DNA of 64,000 nucleotides. It comes from Promethearchaeota archaeon (GTDB lineage: Archaea; Asgardarchaeota; Hermodarchaeia; Hermodarchaeales; Hermodarchaeaceae). How positions within the stretch are numbered: position 1 is the stretch's first letter; each line of letters begins with the position of its first letter. Below the pieces are notes generated by a model. That model was not told the DNA's origin. It worked only from the letters and a program-made list of their open reading frames with translations, and did not search any database. The stretch is taken from the NCBI GenBank assembly GCA_048939625.1, contig JBHLPH010000009.1, forward strand, positions 1-64,000, given 5' to 3'. Positions 18,792 through 29,427 of the stretch are shown one piece after another. The position numbers were made by a program, and so were the translations under genes.

Positions 18792-19976
18792 ATGGTATAC
18801 CTTGTTGGTGAAGCACTCATTGGAAAAGGAAACGAAATCGCACATATCGATCTTATAATTGGGGAAAAGTCAGGTCCTGTTGGAACCGCATTTGCTCAGG
18901 GAATGACTAACGTATCTCATGGGCATTCCCCCTTGTTAGCGGTGATTCGACCGAACCTCCCTCCTAAACCTCATACGCTCATCATTCCCAAAGTAACTGT
19001 CAAAGACATGGGTGACGCAGAAAAAATATTTGGTCCAGCGCAAGCAGCTGTGGCTAAAGCCGTGGCCGATGCTTTAGAGGAGGGAATCATACCAAAAGCC
19101 AAAGCTGATGATTGGGTAATTCTATGCAGCGTATTCATTCATCCTGATGCAAAAGATTACCGACGAATTTACCATTACAATTATGCCGCAACAAAACTTT
19201 CAATTCAACGGGCTTTGTCCAACTATCCACCGGTGGACAAAATTATGTATGATAAGGATCGCGCAACTCATCCCATTATGGGCTTTCGGGTTCCCCGTCT
19301 ATGGCGTCCACCATACCTACAGATTGCATTAGATATTCCTAGTCTTGATAAAACGAAGAAGATTATCGAGGCACTACCTCGAAGTGATAACCTAATCTTA
19401 GAGGCAGGTACACCTCTCATCAAACGTTATGGAACAGCGATTCTCAGTGATATTCGTGAAGTCGCTAAGGATAAGTTCCTGGTTGCTGATCTAAAGACCC
19501 TTGATGTGGGGAAGGTTGAAGTTGATTTAGCCTTCGACGAGTCAGCTGACGCAGTTGTGGTTTCTGGGTTAGCCTCAGTAGATACTGTTGATCAGTTCAT
19601 TTATGAAACCAACCGGCTGGGCATTTATTCTTTTGTAGATATGATGAACGTAGAGGATCCAGTAGCTAAGCTTCAAAGCCTGAAGATGCCACCAAATGTT
19701 GTCATCATGCATCGGGGCATTGACACCGAAGGTCGAGCCGATCACAAATGGGAAATCGTAAAAGCAGTAAAAACTGCATTCAAAGGAAAGCGTCTTCTTG
19801 TATCCGTAGCAGGTGGGATTCGGCCTGACAATATTGATGCGGCTCTTAAGGCAAAAGCTGACATCATAGTTGTTGGTCGGTATATCACTCAATCCCGAGA
19901 TGTTGAAAGATCTACTCGCGAATTCCTGACCCAGATGCAAGGCGATATTGATCTCTTCCGAGTACATACTGAATAA
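18792..19976 (+). CDS. fae-hps: Bifunctional formaldehyde-activating enzyme / 3-hexulose-6-phosphate synthase
   Basis: [45 protein letters not shown]. Confidence 0.95.
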   Translation: MVYLVGEALIGKGNEIAHIDLIIGEKSGPVGTAFAQGMTNVSHGHSPLLAVIRPNLPPKPHTLIIPKVTVKDMGDAEKIFGPAQAAVAKAVADALEEGIIPKAKADDWVILCSVFIHPDAKDYRRIYHYNYAATKLSIQRALSNYPPVDKIMYDKDRATHPIMGFRVPRLWRPPYLQIALDIPSLDKTKKIIEALPRSDNLILEAGTPLIKRYGTAILSDIREVAKDKFLVADLKTLDVGKVEVDLAFDESADAVVVSGLASVDTVDQFIYETNRLGIYSFVDMMNVEDPVAKLQSLKMPPNVVIMHRGIDTEGRADHKWEIVKAVKTAFKGKRLLVSVAGGIRPDNIDAALKAKADIIVVGRYITQSRDVERSTREFLTQMQGDIDLFRVHTE

Positions 19977-20122
19977 GTAACATCTGGTCATTCTGTAGGC
20001 TTCTGAATCATTAGTATTTGATAGGTTCTTGTAGTTCGGTTCAATAGAAAAATTCAAGAACTTACACAAACCTTAGACATCTAAGCAATTACTTCAATAA
20101 TTGCTGGGAGTGTATTCCTAAG

Positions 20123-20422
20123 ATGCCTTCGGGTATCAAAAGACTCGTTCTTGACGTTCTAAAACCTCATGTCCCGAATCTTGTGGACATTGCTACATTG
20201 GTAGGTAAAATTGATGGCGTCGTTGGTGTCAACGTCGCTCTTGTCGAAGTCGACTCTCATACTGAGTCAATTAAGGTTACAGTTGAAGGTGATAATCTCG
20301 GCTTTGAGGAGGTAAAAGCCGCTCTCGAAGCCTGCGGTGCTTCCGTTCACTCAATTGATCAAGTAGTTGCTGGACGCACAGTTGTCGAAGAAGTAAAAAC
20401 CCACATGGAAAATGGCGGTTAA
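20123..20422 (+). CDS. DUF211 family protein
   Basis: IKRLVLDVLKPH.P...G.SVHSIDQV..G. Confidence 0.9.
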   Translation: MPSGIKRLVLDVLKPHVPNLVDIATLVGKIDGVVGVNVALVEVDSHTESIKVTVEGDNLGFEEVKAALEACGASVHSIDQVVAGRTVVEEVKTHMENGG

Positions 20423-21084
20423 ATTCCCAAAGCCCACTTAGTATTTTCAATTAATGATTCTACGTGAGGTGCTAAATGTTCGTAAAGCGAGTTATAGAAC
20501 ACAGTCGGAAGAATTCTAAGAACTTTGAAAATTCTATTTAGTAATGCACTCATCACTGGTTCGAGAAGTTCTGGGCGATTGTTAATTTGAGAGGTTAATA
20601 CTGCATCAATTGCGGCTTCTTCAGCAAGGCCATCAATAAGCCTATAAATTGGTCCATTACATTCAAGAAAATAGGGGAGTCCTTGTTCATCATAGAGGAC
20701 AATGATACCCAATTTATCGACTATTAATTTTGTATACCAATCGATGCTCGAATCTTTAGCCGAGAAAGACTTTTGAAAAAGTGGTTCTGCGGGTTTACGT
20801 TTTGTGGTCTTCGAGGTTTGTGATGAGAAATAACTGCGTGGAACATTATTGGGGTATGTATTAGGGTGGCGGAAAGCAATGTAAGTAGCAGCTGCAAAAA
20901 GGGCTTCCGGTTCTCGACCAATAGCTTGATTTCCCAGGTGACTAGCAAGAATGCGGAGAGAGGGAAGAATCAGATCTTGACGGACTTGTTTAGCGGCATA
21001 TAGACGATACGCTTGCTTGAGATGGACTGCAGGAGTCTTCAAGTCCGGTCGTACAGTTTCATCGGTTCTAGCCTTTGATGCCAA
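20419..21084 (-). CDS. Hypothetical protein with TFB/cyclin-like helix motif
   Basis: 221-aa ORF with GGAG SD and TTG start; GREPEALFAAATYIAFR motif. Confidence 0.65.
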   Translation of the reverse strand: MASKARTDETVRPDLKTPAVHLKQAYRLYAAKQVRQDLILPSLRILASHLGNQAIGREPEALFAAATYIAFRHPNTYPNNVPRSYFSSQTSKTTKRKPAEPLFQKSFSAKDSSIDWYTKLIVDKLGIIVLYDEQGLPYFLECNGPIYRLIDGLAEEAAIDAVLTSQINNRPELLEPVMSALLNRIFKVLRILPTVFYNSLYEHLAPHVESLIENTKWALGI

Positions 21085-21182
21085 GATGGTCGGTCTCCGC
21101 AGGAAACGTCTAACCCATGTATGCGATATAGTCCTAAATATACTTTAGGCGGGTCCTGTGTTATGATTTGTTTTTCGCTCTT

Positions 21183-21560
21183 TTATGTGATATGACCTGC
21201 TTCTTCAAGATACTGCATCTGTTCCACTGATAGTTGAGATTGAACGAAATTGATACCCTTTTCAGTCAGTGAAATCTGTGCTACTGATTCCGTCTTTGTA
21301 AAGACTGTAACGATTCCTCTTTTCTTTAGTCGCTGAAGGGCTGCAAAAATAATTTGGTTTAATTCTTTGTCGGTGACGTTGGGTTTACCATCGGGACGTT
21401 GAAATTCAGGAATATGTTTTAAAACATTTCTTAGAGAAGCCAGAGAGCGTCGGCGAGTTTCATGGGGGTTTGAATAAAGCCAGAGAACGAGAATGTAATC
21501 TATCAGTTCACCTGGTTGCTGGCGATTCAGTTGACGGGCAAGATAATAAACTGCAGGCAA
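21183..21560 (-). CDS. Hypothetical winged-helix protein
   Basis: ALQRLKKRGIV...ISLTEKG wHTH C-terminus. Confidence 0.65.
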   Translation of the reverse strand: MPAVYYLARQLNRQQPGELIDYILVLWLYSNPHETRRRSLASLRNVLKHIPEFQRPDGKPNVTDKELNQIIFAALQRLKKRGIVTVFTKTESVAQISLTEKGINFVQSQLSVEQMQYLEEAGHIT

Positions 21561-21618
21561 GATTCTCGTTTCCTGTAAGTAATATTGATTGTTTAAAACT
21601 TATCAATCAGCGCTCAAA

Positions 21619-22356
21619 CTAGCTTTCAGTCCATCGAAAGGAACCTTCCGAAGTTTTGAGGATATACCCTTGAATTCGTAAACGATTCAACGCTTCATCA
21701 ATCCCTGTACTGGCGATTCCTCTCTCTTCAAGTTGAGAAATAATCTCTTCCTGGCTAATGGCGGTTTTTACCTTACTTAAAATCTCACTTATCGTTCTTG
21801 CTAAATTAATCGTTGAGACAGGTTTTCCCGTGCTACCATTTGGTTGAAATTCATCAGTTACCAGTCGAACCTGCCAAGGTTTGGGAGATATGAGATGCCC
21901 CGTACGAATGAGGGTCTCTATCTGCTGTGCCGCCCAATCCCATGGAATGCCTGCATTTGCACATTCTTTTTCTAACATCTGTAAATCAAGAGCTTCCTTT
22001 CGCGCATTTTGATAGAGAATTCGTTCTAACTCTCGTCGTCTGGTAGAAATGGGTTGGGTTTTTTGTTTAGAGTCTTGAAGCTGCTCTAAATCCACATTCG
22101 CACTTGGGAGTAATGCCTCGATTTTCTCCCGAGATTTTTCAACAGCTTCCATGAATTCTTTATGGTGCTTTCCAGTTTGATAGAGTTTGACACGGACTTG
22201 GGCTGTCTGTGCATCATCAACAAAAACAGCATTTAGTGGATTGATTTTGAAAACTCTTTGACAATATACACATAATCGTGTCTTTTGAGTAGTTGGAGCA
22301 TATGTAAAACGCCCACACCTCGGACAGCGAATGATGTAAAATCCTTGCCGGGACAT
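21619..22356 (-). CDS. Zn-ribbon (DUF1922-like) protein with tandem C-terminal wHTH domains
   Basis: IIRCPRCG...CVYC; IE.L...G.L..P; LNRL...GYI; start at ATG 22356. Confidence 0.7.
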   Translation of the reverse strand: MSRQGFYIIRCPRCGRFTYAPTTQKTRLCVYCQRVFKINPLNAVFVDDAQTAQVRVKLYQTGKHHKEFMEAVEKSREKIEALLPSANVDLEQLQDSKQKTQPISTRRRELERILYQNARKEALDLQMLEKECANAGIPWDWAAQQIETLIRTGHLISPKPWQVRLVTDEFQPNGSTGKPVSTINLARTISEILSKVKTAISQEEIISQLEERGIASTGIDEALNRLRIQGYILKTSEGSFRWTES

Positions 22357-22422
22357 TAAGACCACCAACGCCACAAGCCTAATTAGCCTTTCGTGTTTAC
22401 ATTCCACAATAGGGATAACCCG

Positions 22423-22734
22423 ATGAGCTTTGGTTTAGATCAGTATTTTAAGGAGAAAAAACCTGCTAAGAAAAAAGAGACTGAAACTAAAAAAGATGAC
22501 ACCATTGAGGTTATGGAACAGGATCCATCTGGCGCTCGAAATTGGCCGGTTATCCTGGAAGAAACAGTGAAATCAATGGTACTTTATCCCCATCTTCTCG
22601 ACTATACTCGAACCAGTATTCTCCCAAAACGTCCAACAATAACTGCTGAGGAGCTCTCTATCCAACTTAGAGTACCTTTAGGCGTAGCAATTGTGCTTCT
22701 TGATAAATTACGAAGCGAATCGAAGAAAACATAA
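22423..22734 (+). CDS. Hypothetical protein (Lys-rich N-terminus, possible C-terminal HTH)
   Basis: ORF fills the intergenic gap; ITAEELS..L.VPLG.A..LL. Confidence 0.65.
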   Translation: MSFGLDQYFKEKKPAKKKETETKKDDTIEVMEQDPSGARNWPVILEETVKSMVLYPHLLDYTRTSILPKRPTITAEELSIQLRVPLGVAIVLLDKLRSESKKT

Positions 22735-22741
22735 TAAGATT

Positions 22742-23506
22742 TCAGGTTAGTGGTTCTGCAGATTGATATAGATAAAGAAAATAAATCTTAGCTAACTCAC
22801 CTAACTCGGTGTGGCTTGTCCAGATTGCTAATGATTCTGCTGGTTGAGTCGTTAGCATGATTATTGCCTGTTTTTCATCAATGATTGCCCCTCCACCATA
22901 GATTTCTTTACGTTTCCGTCCTTCTCCAACAGCCGAAATAAGTCTCTGAACTTTGTCTGTAAGAGTCTGTTCGGATACAAGAATTTGAATCTTAACACCT
23001 CGATCACGGAGATGGAAGAGGGTAGGCGAAATAAACTCGATATCTTCTTCGCTAATTATCCCCCAAGAAAGTAGAAGGCTGCGTTCTGCTTGTCCTAGAG
23101 CCACATTCAGCTTTGCCCGGACATTATTTGATCCATGAAGGATGTGCACTTCAGGAGCTGAAATTTTTGTTTTTTCATCAAATAAGGGTTGGAGATTCTC
23201 GATTACTCTTTGTTCCCATTCTGCGAGTCGATCTTGTGCAGAAAGAACAGCAGCTTTAGCTGTTTCACGAGGGCTTTTCGGAATGTAACGCTTCGGACGA
23301 CCTTGCTCTATAGTTATCCATCCACCCTGTTCAAGTGCAGCCAACACATCATATACACGACTGAAGGGAATTCGTGACTGGGCACTGACCTCGCTGGCAG
23401 TTAGTGCTCCATTCTTAACTAATGAAACGTATACTCGCGCTTCGTAGCTACTCAATCCCAAACTTCGGAGTGCTCGTATCGTTCCTTCATCCAAGCGCTC
23501 ACTCAT
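22742..23506 (-). CDS. TrmB family transcriptional regulator
   Basis: LGLSSYEARVY.SL, RVYDVL..LE..G, GRP..Y; start at ATG 23506. Confidence 0.92.
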   Translation of the reverse strand: MSERLDEGTIRALRSLGLSSYEARVYVSLVKNGALTASEVSAQSRIPFSRVYDVLAALEQGGWITIEQGRPKRYIPKSPRETAKAAVLSAQDRLAEWEQRVIENLQPLFDEKTKISAPEVHILHGSNNVRAKLNVALGQAERSLLLSWGIISEEDIEFISPTLFHLRDRGVKIQILVSEQTLTDKVQRLISAVGEGRKRKEIYGGGAIIDEKQAIIMLTTQPAESLAIWTSHTELGELAKIYFLYLYQSAEPLT

Positions 23507-23584
23507 TTTAATCACACACCGACACCCTATACCTTTCGAAAAAACCTTTTTGGTAACCAAGAGAAATATTCTACAGGTGAAAAC

Positions 23585-24508
23585 ATGGGTCTAATACGGA
23601 AACCAGTGGCAATTGGGTACTATCCACCAGATAAAAAATCTCTTGAAGAATCAATTCGCGCTTCATTTTCTGATTCTCATGGCGCAGGTGAGATCCCTCT
23701 AGTTAGTTCCAAACGCAGTAAGAAAATCATCGCAGGAGTTGCTCCCCATGCAGGATTCATATATTCAGGGCCAATCGCTTCTCATCTCTACAGGGCTATT
23801 GCCATAGACGGGTTTCCTGAGACGTTTATACTGATTGGTGTAAAGCATCGACCTTTACGATTTCCTGGAGCTGTCCTAATGGCTGAAGGAGTATGGGAGA
23901 CACCTCTAGGAAAAAGCCAAATCGATTCGGCTTTAGCAAAAAGAATCATAAAACAAAGTCAGGACTCAGGTACAAGTTGTATACTAGATAGTTCTGACGC
24001 CCACTTAGATGAGCATTCAATCGAAGTTCAATTACCATTTATACAATTTCTCGGGAAAAATCAAGATTTCGAAATTTTGCCGATTTTAATCTCTTCACCG
24101 AAATTTGCAATATGTGAAAAAGTTGGAAACACGATTGCTAGCGCTGTTCAGAAAGTGAAACGAGACGTATTCATTGTTGCTAGTACAGATTTCACCCATT
24201 ATGGTCGATTCTTCTATGGCTATGATCCTGTTGGCAGTGGACCAGTTGAAAAGATACTAGAATGGGTCTATGAGACTGATGGTGATTTAATTCATAAAAT
24301 TGAGCAACTAGATGGAAAAGCTCTCTTAGATACAGTTGTGAAGGAAGAGCGAACCATGTGTGGAGCTAGTGCAGTTGCCACAACAATCACTGCAGCAAAA
24401 CAACTGGGTGCCACAAGTGGATCCTGCTTGAAGTATGCAACAAGTTATGATATCCGAGGAAGTTCAGAGGCTATAGTTGGTTACGCATCAATTACTCTCA
24501 ACCGCTAG
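23585..24508 (+). CDS. MEMO1 family protein (AmmeMemoRadiSam protein B)
   Basis: PHAG..YSG, W.TPLG, EHSIEVQLPF, STDFTHYG, CG, VGYAS. Confidence 0.93.
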   Translation: MGLIRKPVAIGYYPPDKKSLEESIRASFSDSHGAGEIPLVSSKRSKKIIAGVAPHAGFIYSGPIASHLYRAIAIDGFPETFILIGVKHRPLRFPGAVLMAEGVWETPLGKSQIDSALAKRIIKQSQDSGTSCILDSSDAHLDEHSIEVQLPFIQFLGKNQDFEILPILISSPKFAICEKVGNTIASAVQKVKRDVFIVASTDFTHYGRFFYGYDPVGSGPVEKILEWVYETDGDLIHKIEQLDGKALLDTVVKEERTMCGASAVATTITAAKQLGATSGSCLKYATSYDIRGSSEAIVGYASITLNR

Positions 24509-25107
24509 AGCTGTATTGTTCTTTTTGATGCACCCTTGCCTTTCTTGAGAGCAGTGATGTTCATTTCATGATAACGACTCGGTAAAATATCTTCTATTGC
24601 TGAAATTATGCTCTCTTCCTTGATGGGAAGCAAATCTAACCCCACGACGGCACCAATAAGGACAGTATTCATCGTCAGAATCCCCCCTGATTCTTGAGCC
24701 AGCTTCGCAGCATCAAACGTAATCACCTTAGCAAATTTTGCCAAATCCTGCAGAATCGCTTCGTCGTCTGGATATTCTGCTCGACCCAGAAGAACTCCTG
24801 TTGGCGTTATTCGATACTCGCCAACAATAATAGTTCCTAAAGGCATTATTCGATCAACATTACGGAGAGCTTCAACGGGTTCAACACTTAGGAGTAAGTC
24901 TGCTTTTCCAGTTGGAATTATCGGACCATGAACGTTGTCTCCAATCCTGACAGTACAATTCACTGCACCGCCTCGTTGGGCCATACCATGAATTTCTCCC
25001 ATTCGAACATTTTCGCCTTCACTGAGGGCTGCTGACGCTAAAATTCGGGCTGCGGTAAGAACGCCAGTTCCACCAACACCAGTAAACACAATATTGAACT
25101 CATTCAT
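24505..25107 (-). CDS. iorB: Indolepyruvate ferredoxin oxidoreductase beta subunit
   Basis: GVGG.G, EIHGMAQRGG.V, E..EALR. Confidence 0.93.
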   Translation of the reverse strand: MNEFNIVFTGVGGTGVLTAARILASAALSEGENVRMGEIHGMAQRGGAVNCTVRIGDNVHGPIIPTGKADLLLSVEPVEALRNVDRIMPLGTIIVGEYRITPTGVLLGRAEYPDDEAILQDLAKFAKVITFDAAKLAQESGGILTMNTVLIGAVVGLDLLPIKEESIISAIEDILPSRYHEMNITALKKGKGASKRTIQL

Positions 25108-26986
25108 TAACCTCTACCTCATGGATTGCCTTGTACGGACAGATTTGGGAACAGACACCACAACCTGAGCATAGATCAGCGTCAATGGCAGCGTGTTCAC
25201 CTGCCCAAATAGCGGCAGCACAACCTAGTTTGTCCGTGCAAACACGGCAGCCCTGGCAGATTTCAGGATCTACTTCATAAGGAATAATAGGTTCATCTGC
25301 ACGGCGCTTCCTCGCTCCTTCGAGTAGAGCACAAGGACTTCGCGATATAATCACAGCGGGGCCATCATAAGCAACTGCTTCTCGGATTACACGAATGGAA
25401 TCTTTCACTTGAAGAGGATCAATAACCTTAACGTATTCGACTCCCACACCTTTTGCTACATCTTCGATGTTAATTTGAGTTACTGGAACGCCCATTCCAG
25501 TTATTCCAGTTCCTGGGTGTGGCTGATGCCCTGTCATTGCAGTGGTGTGGTTATCAACGACTATGATCTTAACCGGATGCTGGTTGTACACAGCATTTAC
25601 TAATCCAGGAATTCCCGAATGGAAAAAGGTTGAGTCTCCTATTGCTCCAACAATGGGTTTGTCTAAAACCGCTGTCAGTCCACACGAGGTTCCGATACTC
25701 GAACCCATGCATAGAAGTAAATCTGCCATCTCTAGAGGAGGTTGAATTACTAATGTATAGCATCCAATATCGGTTGGGTAGACGCCTTTACGTCCCGTAG
25801 CCACAGCCACTTCATAAAAGGTTGCGCGGTGAGGGCAACCTGCACATAGAATTGGTGGTCGTGGGGGCGCTTGTGCATTTGATTCAGATAGTTTATTATC
25901 AACTTCTTCAAAGCCAGGCGGGATCTCCTTGTCCAAAGCTTTTGCAATACCTTCAATTACTGTCCTTGGAGAAAATTCGCCTATCTCAGAGAAGTATCCT
26001 TGACTTTTACCAATTATTGGCGTTGTTATCCCACTTTCTTGGGCAAAAGCACGTGCATGGTTCTCAAGGTATGGTTTCAATTCCTCGATTACGATGACCT
26101 TCTCTTTGGAAGCGATAAACTTCTGAATTTTTTTCTTTGGAAGAGGATAAGTCATTCCTAACTTGAAAACTGCTGCTTTCAGCTGTAGTGTTTCAAGTGC
26201 CTCCATAACATAGTTAAAACTAACACCTGATGTAAGGACTCCAAGTTTTCCTTCTCCGATAATACGGTTCCACTCACTTTTTTCTGAAATTGTAGTAGCC
26301 TGTTTTACCTTTTCAACTAGAATCGGATGACGTAATCTGGCAACCGTTGGTATAGTCACAAACCGAAAGGGGTTGCGTTCAAAGTTCGCCTTCTTTCGTG
26401 GTGGACGTATTTTTCCTAATTCAACACCTGACCGCGTATGACTTACACGAGTCGTTACTCGGAGTAACACCGGTTGTTCAAGCTTCTCTGATAAATCAAA
26501 CGCGGCGATGGTCATATCTTTTGCTTCTTGAGGGTCTGCGGGTTCAAGCATTGTTGTATCGCCTAGCATGGCATACAACCGATTATCCTGTTCATTTTGT
26601 GAGCTCCAACAGCCGGGATCATCTGCAGAGACAATAACGAGTCCTGCTCGAACGCCGATGTAATTTAAAGTCATGAAGGCGTCAGATGCGACATTGAGAC
26701 CAACATGTTTCATAATAACGAGTGCGCGTGCGTTGGCTACGGCTGCCGCTCCGGCTACTTCCATTGCAACTTTTTCGTTAGTGCAGTATTCAAAGAAATA
26801 ATTGCCTTTCTTAGCCGCATGAGAAAGACTATCACCGATTTCCGACGAAGGAGTACCAGGATAGGTTGCTGCAAGTTCCAATCCCGCTTCTATTGCTCCA
26901 CGCGCAATAGCTTCATTTCCTAATAGCAGATAATGTTTACCGGGACTACCCTTTGTTAGAATCTCAGACATGTCCATCGAAATCAC
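25100..26986 (-). CDS. iorA: Indolepyruvate ferredoxin oxidoreductase alpha subunit
   Basis: GNEAIARGA, YPGTPSSE, KHVGLNVA, C.GCPH, GDSTFFHSG, C-terminal ferredoxin. Confidence 0.96.
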   Translation of the reverse strand: MISMDMSEILTKGSPGKHYLLLGNEAIARGAIEAGLELAATYPGTPSSEIGDSLSHAAKKGNYFFEYCTNEKVAMEVAGAAAVANARALVIMKHVGLNVASDAFMTLNYIGVRAGLVIVSADDPGCWSSQNEQDNRLYAMLGDTTMLEPADPQEAKDMTIAAFDLSEKLEQPVLLRVTTRVSHTRSGVELGKIRPPRKKANFERNPFRFVTIPTVARLRHPILVEKVKQATTISEKSEWNRIIGEGKLGVLTSGVSFNYVMEALETLQLKAAVFKLGMTYPLPKKKIQKFIASKEKVIVIEELKPYLENHARAFAQESGITTPIIGKSQGYFSEIGEFSPRTVIEGIAKALDKEIPPGFEEVDNKLSESNAQAPPRPPILCAGCPHRATFYEVAVATGRKGVYPTDIGCYTLVIQPPLEMADLLLCMGSSIGTSCGLTAVLDKPIVGAIGDSTFFHSGIPGLVNAVYNQHPVKIIVVDNHTTAMTGHQPHPGTGITGMGVPVTQINIEDVAKGVGVEYVKVIDPLQVKDSIRVIREAVAYDGPAVIISRSPCALLEGARKRRADEPIIPYEVDPEICQGCRVCTDKLGCAAAIWAGEHAAIDADLCSGCGVCSQICPYKAIHEVEVNE

Positions 26987-27035
26987 CTGTTGGCAAACCG
27001 TTTAAACGGAGTTACAATACACTATTTTACAGTTT

Positions 27036-27458
27036 GTGATTTATGGTAAAAGCTGGTGGCATCTAGTGGACCAATGGCACATTATTCTCGAATCGAAAGA
27101 GTTGGCATTTAGTGATGTACTAGATAAAACTGGGGCACTAATGATTCGTCCAAGATACATCAATGAATTAAAGGCGATATCACAAAATCATAGGGTACCA
27201 TTTCAGGTAAAATCTCCTGAAGGCATTAACAAACTCCCTTCAAGTTATTTTGTTGTCGAGTTAATTAGCTCCGATAATCATGTTCATTCAGTAATGGGGC
27301 TTTTTGAGTATGCTTATGGGGCCATTAGACTGGTCGGTCTAAATAGCGAAGAACTCACGAATAAAAGTGGGGACGACATGGTTGCATTCTTTGAAGCTCC
27401 TCTTCAAAAGAAAACTAAACTGACTATTCGTGTTTTTGAAGCCAGAAGTGATTCCTAA
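27036..27458 (+). CDS. Hypothetical protein
   Basis: 140-aa ORF filling the gap between iorA and cca. Confidence 0.6.
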   Translation: MIYGKSWWHLVDQWHIILESKELAFSDVLDKTGALMIRPRYINELKAISQNHRVPFQVKSPEGINKLPSSYFVVELISSDNHVHSVMGLFEYAYGAIRLVGLNSEELTNKSGDDMVAFFEAPLQKKTKLTIRVFEARSDS

Positions 27459-27475
27459 TTCGAAGGGATATTAAT

Positions 27476-28900
27476 TTATTCAAGTTTGGAAAATGGCTGT
27501 ACTGCATGAATAAGGATCCATAGTGCCTGCTTTCCAATATCTAAGAATCCTGTCTTACTAATTCTAATAATCCGAAGTTTTGGGGAGATTTGGTTCTGAA
27601 ATAGAAAATATCGGATTGCCTTCTCTACATCCGTAAACTCTCTTTTGATTGTGACATAATACTGTCCGTTTTTCAAAAATGCACGAGGATGTCTTTTTAG
27701 AAATTGTTTAGAACCTTCAATGTAATCCTGTTTGGGCCCTTCTCTTGTGTACGAACGGCTTATCTGATTTTTCTCAACATAGAGTGACACTGCAAAGATA
27801 TTCTTCTGAAAAAGCTCTTCGAAAATCACTTTTCCAAATCGTGATTCCCCCGTTGGTTCTTGTTTAAGAAATTTTGAAAGTTTAGTAAAATACCTGTAAA
27901 GTTTATCCCGAGTTTTTGTGTAATGCCACCCTGTGGAATCTTCAAACTCTATAACAACATAATTTGGTTCTATCTGTTTCATTTCCGCAGATGATAAGAT
28001 CGGTACTGGTTTTCTTTCAAAGAACTTCAATGTGGGAGCGTTCAAGAACTCCTCTGCCTTGTATGTTGTGTACCGATAAGCACGTTTTGAAACACTAGCA
28101 ACAACATTCCGGTTAGGATCTGTCGGATCTGATATGACAAAGAAGTCCTGTGGAAATTTCCGTTGGATTAATTCAGAGCTTCGATTGAAGTAATCAAGTG
28201 GTTGCGGGTTATGTTGCGTTAAGTATTTCAAAGCAGATTCAAGCGATTGCATATGGAAGATTAGCATTTCCGTGCTTAAACCCGTGAATCCGCTTCGTCC
28301 TACTGGGCTTGAATCTCCGTAAACAAATACTGATTGAAAGAAGGCTTTTAGAAGACGCACTTCATCGCGTTGATTTTTGGTCAGATGTTCGTCCACAAAT
28401 TTCGAGTGATGTGGTGTACGATCAACAGCGGTGATTGGACCATTGGTGAAGATATACTCTTGAGTTAAATCAAAACAAAATACGATATCGACCTTGTAAT
28501 CACCGATTTGCGCTATAAGATAAGGATGCTCTGCGTATGCCACATGTAACTCTGTTGGATTTAATCGTTTCATTGCTGGAAGCGCAATGGTCTTAACCAT
28601 TTTTTTCAAATATCGACGGATTACAGATTTCGAGTGACTATTTTTTTCTGTTAATTTCGATATATTCGAAACTGCTAATCCTACGAATATATCCAGTTCA
28701 TTCCAATCTCTAAGTTGAGTTTGTTTTCGTCCGGATGACCCTTCTAGTTCAATATATTCAGCATCAACTTTCTTTGTTTTAATTTCTTGACCTAGAGCTC
28801 TACGCACTCGATTAAAAACCTCGTATGTCTTTTTCACTTCAGGCTCAGTTGGTCGGATTTTACGTAGACTTTCAATGCGAATTTTATCAAGAATAGACAT
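27476..28900 (-). CDS. cca: Class I CCA-adding tRNA nucleotidyltransferase
   Basis: GS....T.L...ELDIF, YAEHPY, VDIV, AVDRTP.H, RLLK.F...VYG, DP.DP.RNV. Confidence 0.88.
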   Translation of the reverse strand: MSILDKIRIESLRKIRPTEPEVKKTYEVFNRVRRALGQEIKTKKVDAEYIELEGSSGRKQTQLRDWNELDIFVGLAVSNISKLTEKNSHSKSVIRRYLKKMVKTIALPAMKRLNPTELHVAYAEHPYLIAQIGDYKVDIVFCFDLTQEYIFTNGPITAVDRTPHHSKFVDEHLTKNQRDEVRLLKAFFQSVFVYGDSSPVGRSGFTGLSTEMLIFHMQSLESALKYLTQHNPQPLDYFNRSSELIQRKFPQDFFVISDPTDPNRNVVASVSKRAYRYTTYKAEEFLNAPTLKFFERKPVPILSSAEMKQIEPNYVVIEFEDSTGWHYTKTRDKLYRYFTKLSKFLKQEPTGESRFGKVIFEELFQKNIFAVSLYVEKNQISRSYTREGPKQDYIEGSKQFLKRHPRAFLKNGQYYVTIKREFTDVEKAIRYFLFQNQISPKLRIIRISKTGFLDIGKQALWILIHAVQPFSKLE

Positions 28901-28970
28901 CTATTGGTTTGTTGGCGACTAGGCTTTTAAGTCATAAAGCCTAAGCCCTATTTCGAGGGAGCCCCTCCAT

Positions 28971-29426
28971 ATGTTAGACGAAGTGGATTTACAGATTCTC
29001 CAGGTTCTCCAATCTAACTCTCGAATATCATTTTCTGAGCTTGGTCGTAGTGTTAGCCTCAGTGCAACTGCAGCACGCAATCGAATTAACAGTCTTGTTT
29101 CCCGAGGAATCATCACAAAGCTTGGAGCTGAACTAGATTGGGTGAAAATCGGGTGGCCAATCCAATCTCTCCTACTTATTCGAACCGAACATGGGAGAGC
29201 TGAAGCCGTTACAAAACAACTTCAAAAAATTCCCCAAATCCTATCTATAACAAAAACAGCTGGTAATGTTGATTTGGTTGTACGTTTATTAGCAAGCGGA
29301 GTTTCTGACTTTACCAATCTCTTACATAAATCACTATCAAAAATCTCTGATATCACGAGTATTAACACTCTCATGATATTAGACGAAGTCAATAATACTC
29401 CACCACTATTATCAGAGTCCAAATAA
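28971..29426 (+). CDS. Lrp/AsnC family regulator
   Basis: LDEVD..IL..LQ.N.R.S..ELG. Confidence 0.9.
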   Translation: MLDEVDLQILQVLQSNSRISFSELGRSVSLSATAARNRINSLVSRGIITKLGAELDWVKIGWPIQSLLLIRTEHGRAEAVTKQLQKIPQILSITKTAGNVDLVVRLLASGVSDFTNLLHKSLSKISDITSINTLMILDEVNNTPPLLSESK

Positions 29427-29427
29427 T

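Noticed and set aside
28690-28745. CCA enzyme has E-x-D instead of D-x-D
   Set aside because: Archaeal class I CCA enzymes (e.g. Archaeoglobus) use E-x-D, so this is normal
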